Virus record (IMG/VR): IMGVR_UViG_2850802633_000008
From: a virus
Lineage: Duplodnaviria > Heunggongvirae > Uroviricota > Caudoviricetes
DNA: 17,017 bases
Direction: 5' to 3' (one strand)
Positions 1 through 9,913 of this stretch are shown here, piece after piece. Under the pieces are notes generated by a model. The model made no database searches and had not been told where the DNA came from. It worked only from the letters and a program-made list of their open reading frames with translations. The stretch's first letter is position 1; each line of letters starts with the position of its first letter. The position numbers and the translations under genes are program-made.

Positions 1-327
1 TCATTTTTTCCAGAGGCGGTCGAACTCCGCCTTCGCAAAATAAGCGGAAGCCTGGCGAAGGATATCGTTACTGCGGCGCAGTTCACGATTTTCACGCTCC
101 AGCTCTTTCAGACGCTGACGTTCAGCGGTGGTGAGCCCTCCATCACCGCCCCCGGTATCCCGCTCATGCTGGCGAACCCAGACACGCAGAGTCTCCGGCG
201 TACAGCCAATCTTTGGGGCAATGGAACAAATTGTCGCCCATTGTGAGTCATATTCGCCCTGACTTTCCAGAACCATACGGACTGCCCGTTGACGGACTTC
301 GGGGGAAAAACGAGTATTTTTAGTCAT
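1..327 (-). CDS. IS3-family transposase OrfA (IS629-like), 108 aa
   Basis: ORF track 1..327 (-), [23 protein letters not shown]...[34 protein letters not shown]. It has the helix-turn-helix plus leucine-zipper layout typical of IS3-family OrfA and matches my recollection of IS629 OrfA. ATG at 327..325, TGA at 3..1. Confidence 0.85.
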   Translation of the reverse strand: MTKNTRFSPEVRQRAVRMVLESQGEYDSQWATICSIAPKIGCTPETLRVWVRQHERDTGGGDGGLTTAERQRLKELERENRELRRSNDILRQASAYFAKAEFDRLWKK

Positions 328-381
328 CCTGTTTACCTCTTTCTCAGGAAGTTTAGTCTCCAGGATTCCCGGGGCGGTTCA
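1..381 (-). mobile_element. IS3-family insertion sequence (IS629/IS1203-like), left-end portion; element continues beyond the window start
   Basis: Complete orfA at 1-327 (-). The minus-strand sequence from 381 downward begins TGAACCGCCCCGGGAATCC..., a TG-initiated terminal repeat of the IS3-family type about 54 bp upstream of the orfA ATG. The exact terminus at 381 is placed from recalled IS629 end sequence, not an alignment. Confidence 0.7.
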
Positions 382-465
382 CGTTGGGTTTTTCTGCTCA
401 TTATTAGCTCCTTCTGATGCCATTCTATTTCAGGAAGGAGTGTCCGTTAAACTCAGGCTACCTCA
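382..465 (-). mobile_element. Remnant left end of a second IS3-family element (IS600-like), interrupted by the IS629-like insertion
   Basis: Minus strand reads TGAGGTAGCCTGAGTTTAACGGACACTCC...CAGAAGGAGCTAATA ATG AGC AGA AAA ACC CAA CG, which then runs straight into the IS629-like terminus. That is a strong RBS plus ATG (401..399) and seven codons (MSRKTQR), matching my recollection of the IS600 OrfA N-terminus. The outer boundary near 465 is inferred, not verified. Confidence 0.4.
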
Positions 466-2183
466 ACTCTCTTTTCAATAGGGTCAAGGTTTTTCATCCC
501 GCCAAGATCTTCTGCCACCTGTTTGAGCATTGACCTTGTTGATGGCGCATCAATTTTTGCACCTGCAGGCATCGCCTTTTCAACATTGCGATAAAGCTGG
601 TCGCTTCGTTTCATCAGCGCAGACATTCTTCCATTGACCGTATCAATAAACTTGTCGCTCATACCAAGAGCATCTTTTGCACCGGAAACGCGATCAATTA
701 TCTCACCCGCGCCCTGTGCTAGCTGCCTGATTGCTTCATTTTCCTGCACCTGTAGAGCAGAACCCGCACGGGACTTGATTGCTTGCTCAACTGCCTTGTA
801 TTGCTCGTTCCCGGAAAAGTGTGAAGGGAGTAATGAATCAACATTAAGCCTTTCAGCAGACTCCAGAACTTCAGCCTGAGGATTGATATCTAGTTCATCA
901 AGCGATGAAGCGAGATTTGGCCTTTTTTGTGCTGCTACTGTGCGAACGACTTCCTCTGGGTTCTTCGTCGCAGGCGTCATTGGTACACCTTGTGCTACTC
1001 TTGCCTCTGCGGCATGAACCGCAGGATTTGTTGCTGCAGCGGCATCACCGGAGAATGGTGATGTTTCTGTTGGCGCAGTGGTCGCTCTCTGTGCAGATGT
1101 TTTATTGCCACTAATTATATTTGATGCACCACGAACACCACGGGTAACGCCATTTATCAGGCCATGCGTAGCAATGCTAAGTCCGGCATTAATAGCGGCA
1201 TTTTCGGCAAAATCACCCCGTTGATTCGCCGCGTCAGCGAGAGAACCAATGACCATGTTTCCAGCTACACCTGCTCCAGGAACAAGATAACCGCCTATTG
1301 ACTCTCCAGCTTGCGCGTAGGGGTCTGTCGGTCTGTCTACTGGACGATAAACATCATCCAATACTTTTGGCCCCCCAAGCCCCTGACTGATTGCATTAAT
1401 CAGACTTGCGCCACCCTGCAATACGTCAAATGGTATGTTTACCAGACCACGACCAGCCTGTTCTGCAATTTGCCCTGCACTTTGACCACCAGTGAGCCAA
1501 TCGCCAGCTTGTTGCATCAATGATGGTTCTTCCCGTGTTGGTGCATTATTGGCCTGATTAACTGTTTGTTGCTGAACAGGTTTCGGTGCGACAGAACTTA
1601 CGGGTTGAGGTGGCTGCTGACTGGCTGCCTGCTGCTCAATCTGAGCAAATGGATTATTTGGGTCTGACTGCACACCTGATGCCGATACTTGTTCGGATGA
1701 CTGTACTTCCAGTTGTGCAAACGGGTTGTTAGGGGCTTGCTGAGGATGTACCTTTGCAGAGGTGGCGCGCTGTTCGACTGTTGAGTCTGTCACCGGGTCA
1801 CCAGCCCATTGAGCAAAGCGATCATCAACGTAACCGCGGCCTTCAGGTCCTGGCGTATATTCACCACGCTTTGCCTTCATAACGTTGCCGGGACCGTCGT
1901 GATAAGCCTGAAGAGCGTCACGCCAGTTACCAAACTGCTGGTACATCTTTGCCAGATAGCGCGCGCCAGCGTCAGCCTGATATTCGGGGTTTTGCATTTG
2001 CTCATCGGTATAACCCATATCACGCCATGTCCTAGGCATGACCTGAGTCAATCCTACAGCCCCGGCGGAGCTTACTGCGGCAGGGTTGTAAGAAGACTCC
2101 TTGGCACCCAGTGCAGTCATCAACCCTTCTGGCACACCGTAACGTGCGCCAGCCTGCTCTAACAAATCACGGTAATTAACCAT
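453..2183 (-). CDS. Internal virion (ejection) protein with N-terminal lytic transglycosylase (SLT) domain; occupies the P22 gene-16 position
   Basis: ORF track 453..2183 (-), 576 aa, ATG at 2183 directly after the TAA of the upstream gene. The N-terminus carries the family-1 lytic transglycosylase motifs: ...[25 protein letters not shown]... (E-S catalytic motif, GLxQ(V)MP) and ...[11 protein letters not shown]... (AYNAG-like). The rest is Q/A/P-rich low complexity, typical of ejection proteins. The last four codons and stop may lie inside the IS600-like end. Confidence 0.75.
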   Translation of the reverse strand: MVNYRDLLEQAGARYGVPEGLMTALGAKESSYNPAAVSSAGAVGLTQVMPRTWRDMGYTDEQMQNPEYQADAGARYLAKMYQQFGNWRDALQAYHDGPGNVMKAKRGEYTPGPEGRGYVDDRFAQWAGDPVTDSTVEQRATSAKVHPQQAPNNPFAQLEVQSSEQVSASGVQSDPNNPFAQIEQQAASQQPPQPVSSVAPKPVQQQTVNQANNAPTREEPSLMQQAGDWLTGGQSAGQIAEQAGRGLVNIPFDVLQGGASLINAISQGLGGPKVLDDVYRPVDRPTDPYAQAGESIGGYLVPGAGVAGNMVIGSLADAANQRGDFAENAAINAGLSIATHGLINGVTRGVRGASNIISGNKTSAQRATTAPTETSPFSGDAAAATNPAVHAAEARVAQGVPMTPATKNPEEVVRTVAAQKRPNLASSLDELDINPQAEVLESAERLNVDSLLPSHFSGNEQYKAVEQAIKSRAGSALQVQENEAIRQLAQGAGEIIDRVSGAKDALGMSDKFIDTVNGRMSALMKRSDQLYRNVEKAMPAGAKIDAPSTRSMLKQVAEDLGGMKNLDPIEKRVEVA

Positions 2184-3515
2184 TTACTGCCCCAAAGATG
2201 GAAGATATCCGTAGCGATTAATGAAGTCGATTGACAGCTCGGGGTGCTGCTTCAGGTAATCTATAGAAGCCTGAGGCGCTTCCACTCGCTTGATACCGTT
2301 TTGCTGAACGTACTTACCAACCGCCTCATTACGCTTCTGGTTGAGCGTGTTCAGGATGACGCCAGCGTTGCGACGAAAGGACTCCTCGCTCTGCGAGTTC
2401 TGCAGCGAACCAACAGCCTAGTCGAGCTTTTTGCCCTCGGCATCAGAAAGTGCGCCCATGCCTCGCATGGCCTGAACCGCTGTCAGGTATGCTTGTGATT
2501 TAAAGGTATCAAGTCGTGCCTGAGTGTCTGCAGCCTGTGAGCCTGGAACGTTGGGGATTACTCCACGTAAGCCTGTAATGCTCTTAAGTGAAGGAGAACT
2601 AACGATATCGTTCAGAGTGAACATGCTGGTTGTGAGGGTGTTGATGCCGTCTTTGTAGCCATCATTTAGCGCTTGCTGCTTCTGCTGCAACTGCTGGTTG
2701 TTGGCTGCTATGCGGCTCTGTATTTCCTGGCGCTTCAGGTCGTTAGTTTCTGCTGATAGCATCCGGTCAAGGCGCTTATTTTCGTTGTTAATGCGGTTTG
2801 TTTCTGCGTCCAGATTAATGCGCTGCTGACCTAAATTCGCCTGGATATCTTGTCCGCGCATTGTGATTGCCTGATTCCGAGCGGCGGTTTGCGAATCCAG
2901 ATCCTGACCGCGCATGGTAACCTGGCGACCCTGCATTTTATCCTGTAGGTCAAAGTATTTTTCGGGCCCGAGACTGTTCATCCCCAGGTGATCGACAAAT
3001 TCGCCGAACTGCCGCGGGTTCTGTTGGTACATCTGAGCGACGTCATGAGGATTAACGCCAACACGAGCTAACTCACCGGCGTTGTTTTGCAGCCATGATT
3101 GCATTGCTTCTGGAGACGATGACGCAAGGCGTGCGCCAGCCGCTAAGGTGCCGATAGAATTACGCTGCTCTTCATCAATGAATCCCATGCCTTTACGAAC
3201 GGATTCAATCTGGTCTGGATATTGAGTAGCCAACTGACGCAAAGCACCGCGATCACCAGACGCATAAGCATTAGCGTACGCCTGCTGAAATTCTTTCTGC
3301 CGCTGAGCCTGCTTTTCCTGCTGAAAAACACCCGCAATACCTGAAAGACCTTGCAAAGCAGTCAGCCCAACATTGTTAGCGCCTGAACGCTCAATATCAT
3401 TGTTCTGCCTGATAAGCTGAAGCGTATTGCCGATGTCATTTACGCTCGGAGCGTTTGAGTTGACGCCGCCGATACCAGCCAACAATCCGCCGTTTGTTCC
3501 TTGCCAAGTAGCCAT
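2184..3515 (-). pseudogene. gp20-like ejection protein interrupted by an in-frame TAG (2418-2420)
   Basis: ORF track 2418..3515 (-) gives 365 aa (MATWQGTNGG...AEGKKLD) ending at TAG. The same frame stays open for 78 more codons (AVGSLQNSQSEESFRRNAGVILNTLNQKRNEAVGKYVQQNGIKRVEAPQASIDYLKQHPELSIDFINRYGYLPSLGQ) and ends at TAA 2184-2186, immediately before the ATG of the next gene. Gene order matches the P22 7-20-16 ejection-protein block. Confidence 0.65.
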
Positions 3516-3524
3516 GATTACCCC

Positions 3525-4217
3525 TTAAAACAACGAGCCAAGCAATCCGATACCAGCACCAATACCAGCGCCCCAAGGCGTTGATGTTCCCAAAAGGCTG
3601 GCAAGACCTGCACCGGCAATCGCACCAGACGTGCCACCGCTAATTGCAGTCTGAAGACTTGATGGTTTATTGGCATTAGCAGCGGCAAGAGCTGCGCTTT
3701 GCTGTGCAATGCTGCTCATGTTGTTGGCGTACGTCTGCCCGGCGTTTGCCTGACCTTGCAGCGCACCAAGCCCAACGTTTGCCAGATTGTTGTAATTGCT
3801 CATCTGATTTGATAACCAAGACTGACCGAGTGTCGGCGCGATCGTAGCCAGTTGATTGCTTGTGGCTGTCGAACCAAGTCCACCCGTCGCCTCCGCAGCA
3901 GCAAGACTCTGGTAACGCGCCTGCCCTGCAAGGTCTTTATACTGCTTAGAGTTGTAATACTGATTAAGTGCCTGCCCCTGACCTTCTAAACTGGAAAGGT
4001 TCTGAAGCTGGTTAACATACTGCTCCGCAAGAGGCGTGAACGGAGCAAGGTTTTTCATGATCGTCTGCCACTGCTGATTTTGCAGGTCTGCAGCATACTT
4101 CTGGGCTTCTGCTGCATACTTTGCGCTTTTATCAGAACTGCCACCTTTCCCGCCTTTTTCAGGGCAATAAGGTTCCTCGCCGCGCAGTTTTCTGCCCAGC
4201 TTAAATGCATATAACAT
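3525..4217 (-). CDS. gp7-like ejection (internal virion) protein
   Basis: ORF track 3525..4259 (-). The likely true start is the ATG at 4217..4215 (MLYAFKLGRKL...), preceded by GGGAGA with a 5-nt spacer and lying 2 nt after the TAG of the upstream gene. About 230 aa, Q/A/N/G-rich with a Gly-rich hydrophobic C-terminus; size and position match P22 gp7. Confidence 0.7.
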   Translation of the reverse strand: MLYAFKLGRKLRGEEPYCPEKGGKGGSSDKSAKYAAEAQKYAADLQNQQWQTIMKNLAPFTPLAEQYVNQLQNLSSLEGQGQALNQYYNSKQYKDLAGQARYQSLAAAEATGGLGSTATSNQLATIAPTLGQSWLSNQMSNYNNLANVGLGALQGQANAGQTYANNMSSIAQQSAALAAANANKPSSLQTAISGGTSGAIAGAGLASLLGTSTPWGAGIGAGIGLLGSLF

Positions 4218-4219
4218 GG

Positions 4220-4675
4220 CTATCTCCCGTGATTCAGGAAGTCGATTAGTTCTTCGCATGTGCCGCTGTAAAAAGTCACGTCATCCACGCCTTTGAAGTA
4301 TTTCTTGATGGTTCCTACACGCTTAAGGCCAATCATTGCGCAGTACATCTGACCGTGTCGGAATTTGCGTGCAGCGAACGATGTTACGCACTGAACGGTG
4401 GTGTTAGTCAGAATGTATCGCCAGAACGCCAGCCCAATTTCCTTGCTGAAGCCGCGAATCTCTGGCAGGTACATGGCGTGGCAATCTAATGTCAGCGGCT
4501 GAATCTCCTGATAGTAAACAATGCCGCCAAACTGACCGTGCACGTTCACCTCAAAGTAACGGCATTCAGGTTTGTAGTCGTATCCATCACCGTTGTTGCT
4601 CCCGGCGATAATGTCAGGGTGATTTCCGACTGCTTCTATCAGGTCGATGTTTCGCGTTGGTTTGAATGTAATCAT
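4220..4675 (-). CDS. gp14-like virion assembly protein (position-conserved, function uncertain)
   Basis: ORF track 4220..4678 (-). The first track codon is GTG; the ATG at 4675..4673 overlaps the tail-needle TGA (TGATG). About 151 aa. Assignment is by position between the tail-needle and gp7-like genes, as in P22. Confidence 0.55.
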   Translation of the reverse strand: MITFKPTRNIDLIEAVGNHPDIIAGSNNGDGYDYKPECRYFEVNVHGQFGGIVYYQEIQPLTLDCHAMYLPEIRGFSKEIGLAFWRYILTNTTVQCVTSFAARKFRHGQMYCAMIGLKRVGTIKKYFKGVDDVTFYSGTCEELIDFLNHGR

Positions 4676-5523
4676 CACTGCTCCGCGATTATCTTGATGG
4701 TTGTGGCAGTAAACGCCGCACCATTCGACTGAATGGTTAACGTACTGCCATTTGTGGCAAGAAAGCCGTCTTTATCCACGCTGAAGAACGTAGCTAACAG
4801 GATGTTGTCGGTTGTTGTCGCCGCATTACGACTGCTGACCAGTGTGTCAGGAACAGAGCCGGAAAAGGTTAGCTGCATTGACCTGTTGGCGGTTCCGCTG
4901 GGCCACGTGCCGACAATCGACAACTTGAAGAGCAGGGTTTTGTTCTCGTTGAACACAACCATCTTGTTGTTAACGGTGTCGAAGAATGGTGCCAACGAGC
5001 CGGATGACGGTGTGAGCGTTTTCAGCAGGCTAACAAGGTTGGTCGGCGCTGTCGGGATGGTTACAGATACACCAGAGTAAACAACCTCTGACTTCTTGCG
5101 TGTGGTTGCATACTCCAGAGCATCGATGCGCGTTTCATGGTCTGAAACCTGCGACTCCAGCGACTGAACTCTTGTGTCAAGCGACGAAATATCGCTTTCA
5201 TTCTGAGCTATTCGTGTTTCATGGTCCTGAAGAGTTGATTCTGCCTGTCTGATTCGCTCCTCATGATTAACAAGCGTTGCTTCCGCAGCAGAAATTCGCT
5301 GCTCATGGTCAGCGAGAATCACATCCTGCTCATCGTTCCTGACCTGTGCATCATAAGCGCCCTGTCCGGCCTCGTTGGCTTTGTTAGCCACGTTACCAAC
5401 ATCAGTGCCCTGTGCGATAACGTAAAGCAGATACGACTGCGAGAAGATATTGCGTGGAAGGACTGATGTATCGAGCCGCGTAGCTTGGATGATTACCGGC
5501 ACATTGAGATTCGAATCAGCCAT
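4675..5523 (-). CDS. Tail needle protein (gp26-like N-terminus with coiled-coil repeats and a distinct C-terminal knob-type domain)
   Basis: ORF track 4675..5523 (-), 282 aa. N-terminus [43 protein letters not shown]... resembles the P22 gp26 N-terminus as I recall it. It is followed by repeated DHExRI heptad-like units and a Ser/Thr-rich C-terminal domain unlike the P22 gp26 C-terminus. Its ATG overlaps the gp10 stop (TAATG). Confidence 0.85.
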   Translation of the reverse strand: MADSNLNVPVIIQATRLDTSVLPRNIFSQSYLLYVIAQGTDVGNVANKANEAGQGAYDAQVRNDEQDVILADHEQRISAAEATLVNHEERIRQAESTLQDHETRIAQNESDISSLDTRVQSLESQVSDHETRIDALEYATTRKKSEVVYSGVSVTIPTAPTNLVSLLKTLTPSSGSLAPFFDTVNNKMVVFNENKTLLFKLSIVGTWPSGTANRSMQLTFSGSVPDTLVSSRNAATTTDNILLATFFSVDKDGFLATNGSTLTIQSNGAAFTATTIKIIAEQ

Positions 5524-6941
5524 TACTCAATCCTTATCTGAGCGCCAGACAGAGTGACAGGTGACTTCGTGATAACGCGCAATTTGAAGCCGACATTTTT
5601 CCTGATGCGCCCTACTCGCTTCCACAAAACACGCTTGTCGTAAACGAACGGTTCATTCTGCTCAATCATCTGCTCACGCCCGTAATTGATGCAGTCAGTG
5701 GTTGCAGAGAGAAAAAGGCGGTCGGCGTACTGCGCAACGCCAGTTGACGATTCAACCTCAAGGTCGAACACTCTGGCGTTATCCGCTTTGAAGAGTGGAG
5801 TAAACAGCAGGTGTTCCTGTTGCTTGTCGTACTGGCTGCTGATATCGAATTGCAGTTTCCCGGTAACAGATTCCAGCTTATCGCCGCACGTTATCTGATT
5901 GCCTTCGTAAACGAAGTCGATAGCGCGGTACACATCGTCATACAGACCTGTTTTCAGCACACACCATTGTGGGCCATTGGCGCTTGAAGATGCGTCGTAC
6001 ACGAGGACGTGACGCGGAAGGTGGATAATCAGCAACTCATGAGCATCAAATCGCAGCGATTCCATCACACCATCAGCCAGTTCATCAGCAGTGTAGGAGC
6101 GGAGGATTTTCTCAATGCTCGCGCTGACAATTGGTGACACCTGACCGGAGTCGATGATATACACAGACGGCGCACCCGTTGCCGGATTGCTGATAAACGC
6201 ATACGAATCAGCGAATGGCGTTTTGCAGTAAGTTCCGGCAATGCCTTTCTGCACCATCAGCGATGGTTGTGCAACATACAAAGCGGCACCAACGGTGGTT
6301 GCGCCAGTCAGGGAGAAATATTCAATAGTCGATGAACCAAAGCAGACGATGAAGTCTCGCCATGTCCCGATACCGATGATGCCGTCAGGCTGAGACTCGG
6401 CACGATATTGTGCGCTGTAACGGTCAGGATGAGATTCGTCTTCAAGGTCAGTGATAAACCATGAATCAGTTCCGTCTTTTGACCACGCATAACGCCCACG
6501 TAAGCGCGTAATGTCGCGAACTGAACCTAACTCATACTGAGTGAATCCACTGTCTGTAGGCCAGTTTGAGACGGTTTTGACCGTGCCATCATAGCGATAC
6601 TCGACCAGTTGACCATTAACGCCTACCGCCTGTGATGTCCGACCATGCGCCATTGATACACGACCACTTCCGGCAACATCACCGACTTCACTTTCTCCTT
6701 TGTACAGCTTGCCGCCACACACGCGATAAACAGCATTCTGCGCCATGTTGTACTCGACGCCGCGAGATACACCGTTCACGTCAGAACGTTTGGCAATGCC
6801 CGGGAATGAGCGAAGATATCCGCTGCTGTTCAGGATTTCTTTGGGTGTAGCCAGCATATTCACTGGCAGATAGTCGATATAGTCGGCGTTTCGGAAGTCT
6901 TTGCCGACACCTTTCATAAGCGGAAGTTGCTGAATAGGCAT
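5523..6941 (-). CDS. gp10-like head completion / tail hub protein
   Basis: ORF track 5523..6941 (-), 472 aa, the same length as P22 gp10; sits between the gp4-like and tail-needle genes. The start overlaps the gp4 stop (TAATG). Confidence 0.85.
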   Translation of the reverse strand: MPIQQLPLMKGVGKDFRNADYIDYLPVNMLATPKEILNSSGYLRSFPGIAKRSDVNGVSRGVEYNMAQNAVYRVCGGKLYKGESEVGDVAGSGRVSMAHGRTSQAVGVNGQLVEYRYDGTVKTVSNWPTDSGFTQYELGSVRDITRLRGRYAWSKDGTDSWFITDLEDESHPDRYSAQYRAESQPDGIIGIGTWRDFIVCFGSSTIEYFSLTGATTVGAALYVAQPSLMVQKGIAGTYCKTPFADSYAFISNPATGAPSVYIIDSGQVSPIVSASIEKILRSYTADELADGVMESLRFDAHELLIIHLPRHVLVYDASSSANGPQWCVLKTGLYDDVYRAIDFVYEGNQITCGDKLESVTGKLQFDISSQYDKQQEHLLFTPLFKADNARVFDLEVESSTGVAQYADRLFLSATTDCINYGREQMIEQNEPFVYDKRVLWKRVGRIRKNVGFKLRVITKSPVTLSGAQIRIE

Positions 6942-7441
6942 TATTCGCTCCCGTTATCGCAAGGTTCCTTTCGGTGGAAGTAATTCCAACCATTCCACTT
7001 CGCCAACTGGTTACCACTACCAACAGGCATACGGTTTGGATAACCGGACTTACATTTAGCTGCTTTTGCCCTGTCCATTGCAGACAGTTTGACGAGTCGC
7101 TCTTTCCCGTATCTGGCAGTGGCTATAAGTTTTGCAGACGCTTCCAGCGCATAATCTGGAGCAATTCGGCAGGCAAGGTTGAAAATGACGGCATTGATAG
7201 CGTTATTTGATAAACCGTGCTCATCGCCCGGATCCGGAGCAACATCTGCATCAGCAAAAATGTAGCCAACGTTGATACCAGGTGACGCATCACCGCCAAG
7301 CCATTCAGCCATCATCATTTCAAGGTCGTTGACGCCGTCTTCCATAGACTGCGGTTCGACATCGGTTAACGTGGCATTTGATGCAACACCGAGCTTACGT
7401 AATGCCGCAAGAACTAAATCACCCTTCGTTGTCAGGTTCAT
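6941..7441 (-). CDS. gp4-like head completion / portal-binding tail adaptor protein
   Basis: ORF track 6941..7510 (-). The start is chosen at the internal ATG 7441..7439 ([21 protein letters not shown]...[10 protein letters not shown]...) because it aligns with the recalled P22 gp4 N-terminus ([21 protein letters not shown]). This gives 166 aa, with AAGG 10 nt upstream. Confidence 0.8.
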   Translation of the reverse strand: MNLTTKGDLVLAALRKLGVASNATLTDVEPQSMEDGVNDLEMMMAEWLGGDASPGINVGYIFADADVAPDPGDEHGLSNNAINAVIFNLACRIAPDYALEASAKLIATARYGKERLVKLSAMDRAKAAKCKSGYPNRMPVGSGNQLAKWNGWNYFHRKEPCDNGSE

Positions 7442-7649
7442 CTGCTGCCGCCTTAGGTTTTCGACCAGGCTTTTTACGCTGTTTTTCTTCTGGCTCTGGC
7501 TCTGCAACATCCTTCAAAAGGTCATCAGGATGTGAAAACCAGCCAGCATCCAGATATTCCTGAAGCTCTTCGGCTTTCACGATTTCAAAGTCGTAGCCAA
7601 CGCCTTTCCACTTCTTCATGTCGCCATGACGAAAGATCATGTGTGTCAT
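7419..7649 (-). CDS. Small hypothetical protein between coat and gp4-like genes (about 76 aa, highly charged C-terminal tail)
   Basis: ORF track 7419..7697 (-). The first 16 track codons overlap the coat terminator hairpin. The ATG at 7649..7647 has GGAGA 5 nt upstream (CTGGAGACAAGCATG). Sequence [38 protein letters not shown]...[27 protein letters not shown]; its 3' end overlaps the gp4 start by 23 nt. Confidence 0.45.
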   Translation of the reverse strand: MTHMIFRHGDMKKWKGVGYDFEIVKAEELQEYLDAGWFSHPDDLLKDVAEPEPEEKQRKKPGRKPKAAADEPDNEG

Positions 7650-7661
7650 GCTTGTCTCCAG

Positions 7662-7685
7662 ATAAAAACGGGAGCCGAAGCTCCC
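7662..7685 (-). terminator. Candidate intrinsic terminator immediately downstream of the coat gene
   Basis: Minus-strand RNA GGGAGC-UUCG-GCUCCC (6-bp GC-rich stem, UUCG tetraloop, 7670-7685) followed by GUUUUUAUC (7661-7669). It lies 9 nt after the coat stop and just before the RBS of the small ORF. Confidence 0.5.
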
Positions 7686-7693
7686 TCTGGTTA

Positions 7694-8989
7694 TCACGCG
7701 GTCTGGTTAGGCAGACCAACACCAATTGCCTCTGGTCGTACAGCACATGCTGAATACCACACAGCAATACGGCACTTACCAGACAGAGTGTTGATATCAC
7801 CCTGCGTTGCGAAGATGCCGTTAACACCAATACCTGGAATGCTGAAGGAAGACGTTTTCATGCCAGCAAACAGTTCATGGGTTACCGGGATCGGCTGAGA
7901 CAGCAGGCGGATTGAGTCATCAGCCCAGAACACGTTAGCGGTGGTTGTTGCCACGTTCAGAACGTTTACCGGAGTGGTATCAGCAAGAGAGGTGTTTACG
8001 TTAGCGTAAGCCTTCTCTTCTTTTGTCAGTGACGCGTCATCCAGCGCAATCGGCTTCGGCGTGATTTCGATGTGAGTACCATCGATCACACGGGTGATTG
8101 AGAAAGTCGCGTCATCAGTCAGCACATTCTTCGCCATCTGAGACAGGAACTTCACACCAATGAAGCTGATTTTGTCGCCGCGCTTAAATCCGGTGGTGGA
8201 GGATACGGTCACCGTTGCAACACGGTTGTCGACGTTCTCTTTGTTACCATCGGTATCAAGGGTGTATGCCTGCGGCTTAAACTTCTGCGCACCAGAAACA
8301 GTTACACCAGTCGCGGTTGACTTGGTAACTGCCGGAAGTTTCGGTGAGCGAAGAATTTCATCAAAGCCAGCAATCTGACGCTGAATAGTACCGTTTCGAT
8401 ATGCTTCTTCAGGAACGCGCCCGAAGATGTCACCATCTACCAGGTTGCGGCCTGCTTTGCGGTAATCGTCAGGGTTCAGGAAGTAACTGATGCCCATGTC
8501 GCGGTTTAGCTCACGGGAGAACATCAGTCGCTCTGCATCAGACACAAAATCCCAGCCAGGCAGGCCAGTCGATGGACCAATTGCGCGGGTATCGTGAACA
8601 ACAAGCGAGCCCATTTCAGTTGCCTGTTTGGCAATCGCTGACTCAATGTTATTCGCCAGTTTTTTGGCGGATGCCTGGATGCGGCGACGGTAAGAACGCT
8701 CATCACGCAGGTCATCTGCACGAAGCTCGAAGAAATCGTTATCCGGATCGCCCATGTTGCACTTCACGGAGAGTTCCAGAATCCCGGTTGCGTTGCCAGT
8801 TAAATCCCAGCCAGTCTGGGTTGGCGCTTCCTGCTCAACAGGCATCCACACGGTGTTGCTTGAACGCTGCATGGATTCTGCCGGAGGGGGGTATTTTGTC
8901 ACTTTTGACGCCATTGGCGTCAGGTTCTGGACGGTTCCGATGATTTCATCCAGAGCATACGTGACCAGTTGACCTTCATTTAATGCCAT
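7694..8989 (-). CDS. Major capsid (coat) protein, P22 gp5-like
   Basis: ORF track 7694..8989 (-), 431 aa. [20 protein letters not shown]...[39 protein letters not shown]...[34 protein letters not shown]... matches the recalled P22 coat protein across its length. The start overlaps the scaffold stop (TAATG). Confidence 0.92.
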   Translation of the reverse strand: MALNEGQLVTYALDEIIGTVQNLTPMASKVTKYPPPAESMQRSSNTVWMPVEQEAPTQTGWDLTGNATGILELSVKCNMGDPDNDFFELRADDLRDERSYRRRIQASAKKLANNIESAIAKQATEMGSLVVHDTRAIGPSTGLPGWDFVSDAERLMFSRELNRDMGISYFLNPDDYRKAGRNLVDGDIFGRVPEEAYRNGTIQRQIAGFDEILRSPKLPAVTKSTATGVTVSGAQKFKPQAYTLDTDGNKENVDNRVATVTVSSTTGFKRGDKISFIGVKFLSQMAKNVLTDDATFSITRVIDGTHIEITPKPIALDDASLTKEEKAYANVNTSLADTTPVNVLNVATTTANVFWADDSIRLLSQPIPVTHELFAGMKTSSFSIPGIGVNGIFATQGDINTLSGKCRIAVWYSACAVRPEAIGVGLPNQTA

Positions 8990-9900
8990 TATCGAATTCC
9001 TTTATTCAGTTGCGCCTTGAGCTTGCGGTACGTCTCTACATCCCCTTTGTTTGCTGCCGCCTCCATCTGCTTTTCAATCGCAGAGATATTTGCAGCAACA
9101 GCATGTCCCTGAATGGGTTCATCAGGTAACGGGGCTTCTGAAACAGGCTTGGCTCGAGGCTTGAGAGTTAAACGTTCTGACAGTCGAGTGAGTTCAATCA
9201 GCGCGGATTGCCCGTCCATCGCCAGCAACTGGCGTGTTTTCTCAGGATTAGCACCAAGGTGATACATGAGAGCGGCGGATTTCTCCGGGAAGAGGCGCAT
9301 GATGTCGGCACCGACTGCTGGCGGCACCAGTTGCATGAATGCATCCTCTTTCTCCTGATAGTCAGGGATATTGAGCTTTTCCGCTGCCTCGTAGTGCTTA
9401 CGGGCCGCCTCGACGTATTGCGCTGATTGCTGGGTGAACTCCTGAGTTTTGCGACCCTGCTCGGCGACAGCCTGGCTTCGTGCGTCCATAGCCTTGATCT
9501 GCCATTCACTGTTTGCCTGCTGGAAGGCAGCCAGTGCGCGGCTCTGGTCATAGTCGTACTTAGCCAGTGCATCTTCGGAAAGATAATCGTTAGGGTCTGG
9601 TTGTTTTGGTAACTCAGGGTTCACCCGCAGGTGCTCCGGCAACTCTCCACGCTTAACCGCTTCCATCTGCTGCTCAAGCTCACGCTGGCGTTTGCGTTCG
9701 ATGCGGCGACGGGCAAATTCAGCATTAGTTGCCGGGTCTTGTTTTGGTTTCTCATCGTCTTTCAGGACAATCTCAAAGCCTTCTTCCTGACCTGCGCTGT
9801 CGTTGGCATTATCGACAACTAAGCCATCAGCAGATGCCGCTGCATGATTGCCGGGCAGGGTTAATTCTTCAGAAGCCTGAATGTCGGTGGTTTGGTCCAT
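8989..9900 (-). CDS. Scaffolding protein, P22 gp8-like
   Basis: ORF track 8989..9900 (-), 303 aa, the same length as P22 gp8. Recalled conserved stretches: ...[14 protein letters not shown]...[31 protein letters not shown]...[42 protein letters not shown]...[11 protein letters not shown]. Confidence 0.9.
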   Translation of the reverse strand: MDQTTDIQASEELTLPGNHAAASADGLVVDNANDSAGQEEGFEIVLKDDEKPKQDPATNAEFARRRIERKRQRELEQQMEAVKRGELPEHLRVNPELPKQPDPNDYLSEDALAKYDYDQSRALAAFQQANSEWQIKAMDARSQAVAEQGRKTQEFTQQSAQYVEAARKHYEAAEKLNIPDYQEKEDAFMQLVPPAVGADIMRLFPEKSAALMYHLGANPEKTRQLLAMDGQSALIELTRLSERLTLKPRAKPVSEAPLPDEPIQGHAVAANISAIEKQMEAAANKGDVETYRKLKAQLNKGIR

Positions 9901-9913
9901 GATTAACTCTCTC

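Noticed and set aside
634-2162. Plus-strand ORFs (634..879, 905..1114, 1311..1523, 1809..2162) inside the ejection-protein gene
   Set aside because: They lie antisense to a long, well-supported minus-strand gene, have no RBS context, and several start at TTG/GTG; they are antisense reading-frame shadows.
2244-2498. Plus-strand 84-aa ORF spanning the gp20 stop region
   Set aside because: It starts at GTG and is antisense to the conserved C-terminal coding region of the gp20-like gene; the minus-strand frame is the one with a sensible gene junction (TAA directly abutting the next ATG).
7272-7898. Several overlapping short ORFs on both strands around the coat/gp4 junction (7272..7535, 7378..7563, 7532..7753, 7585..7830, 7626..7898)
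   Set aside because: All overlap the coat or gp4-like genes out of frame or antisense. Only the minus-strand ORF starting at 7649 has an RBS and a plausible position.
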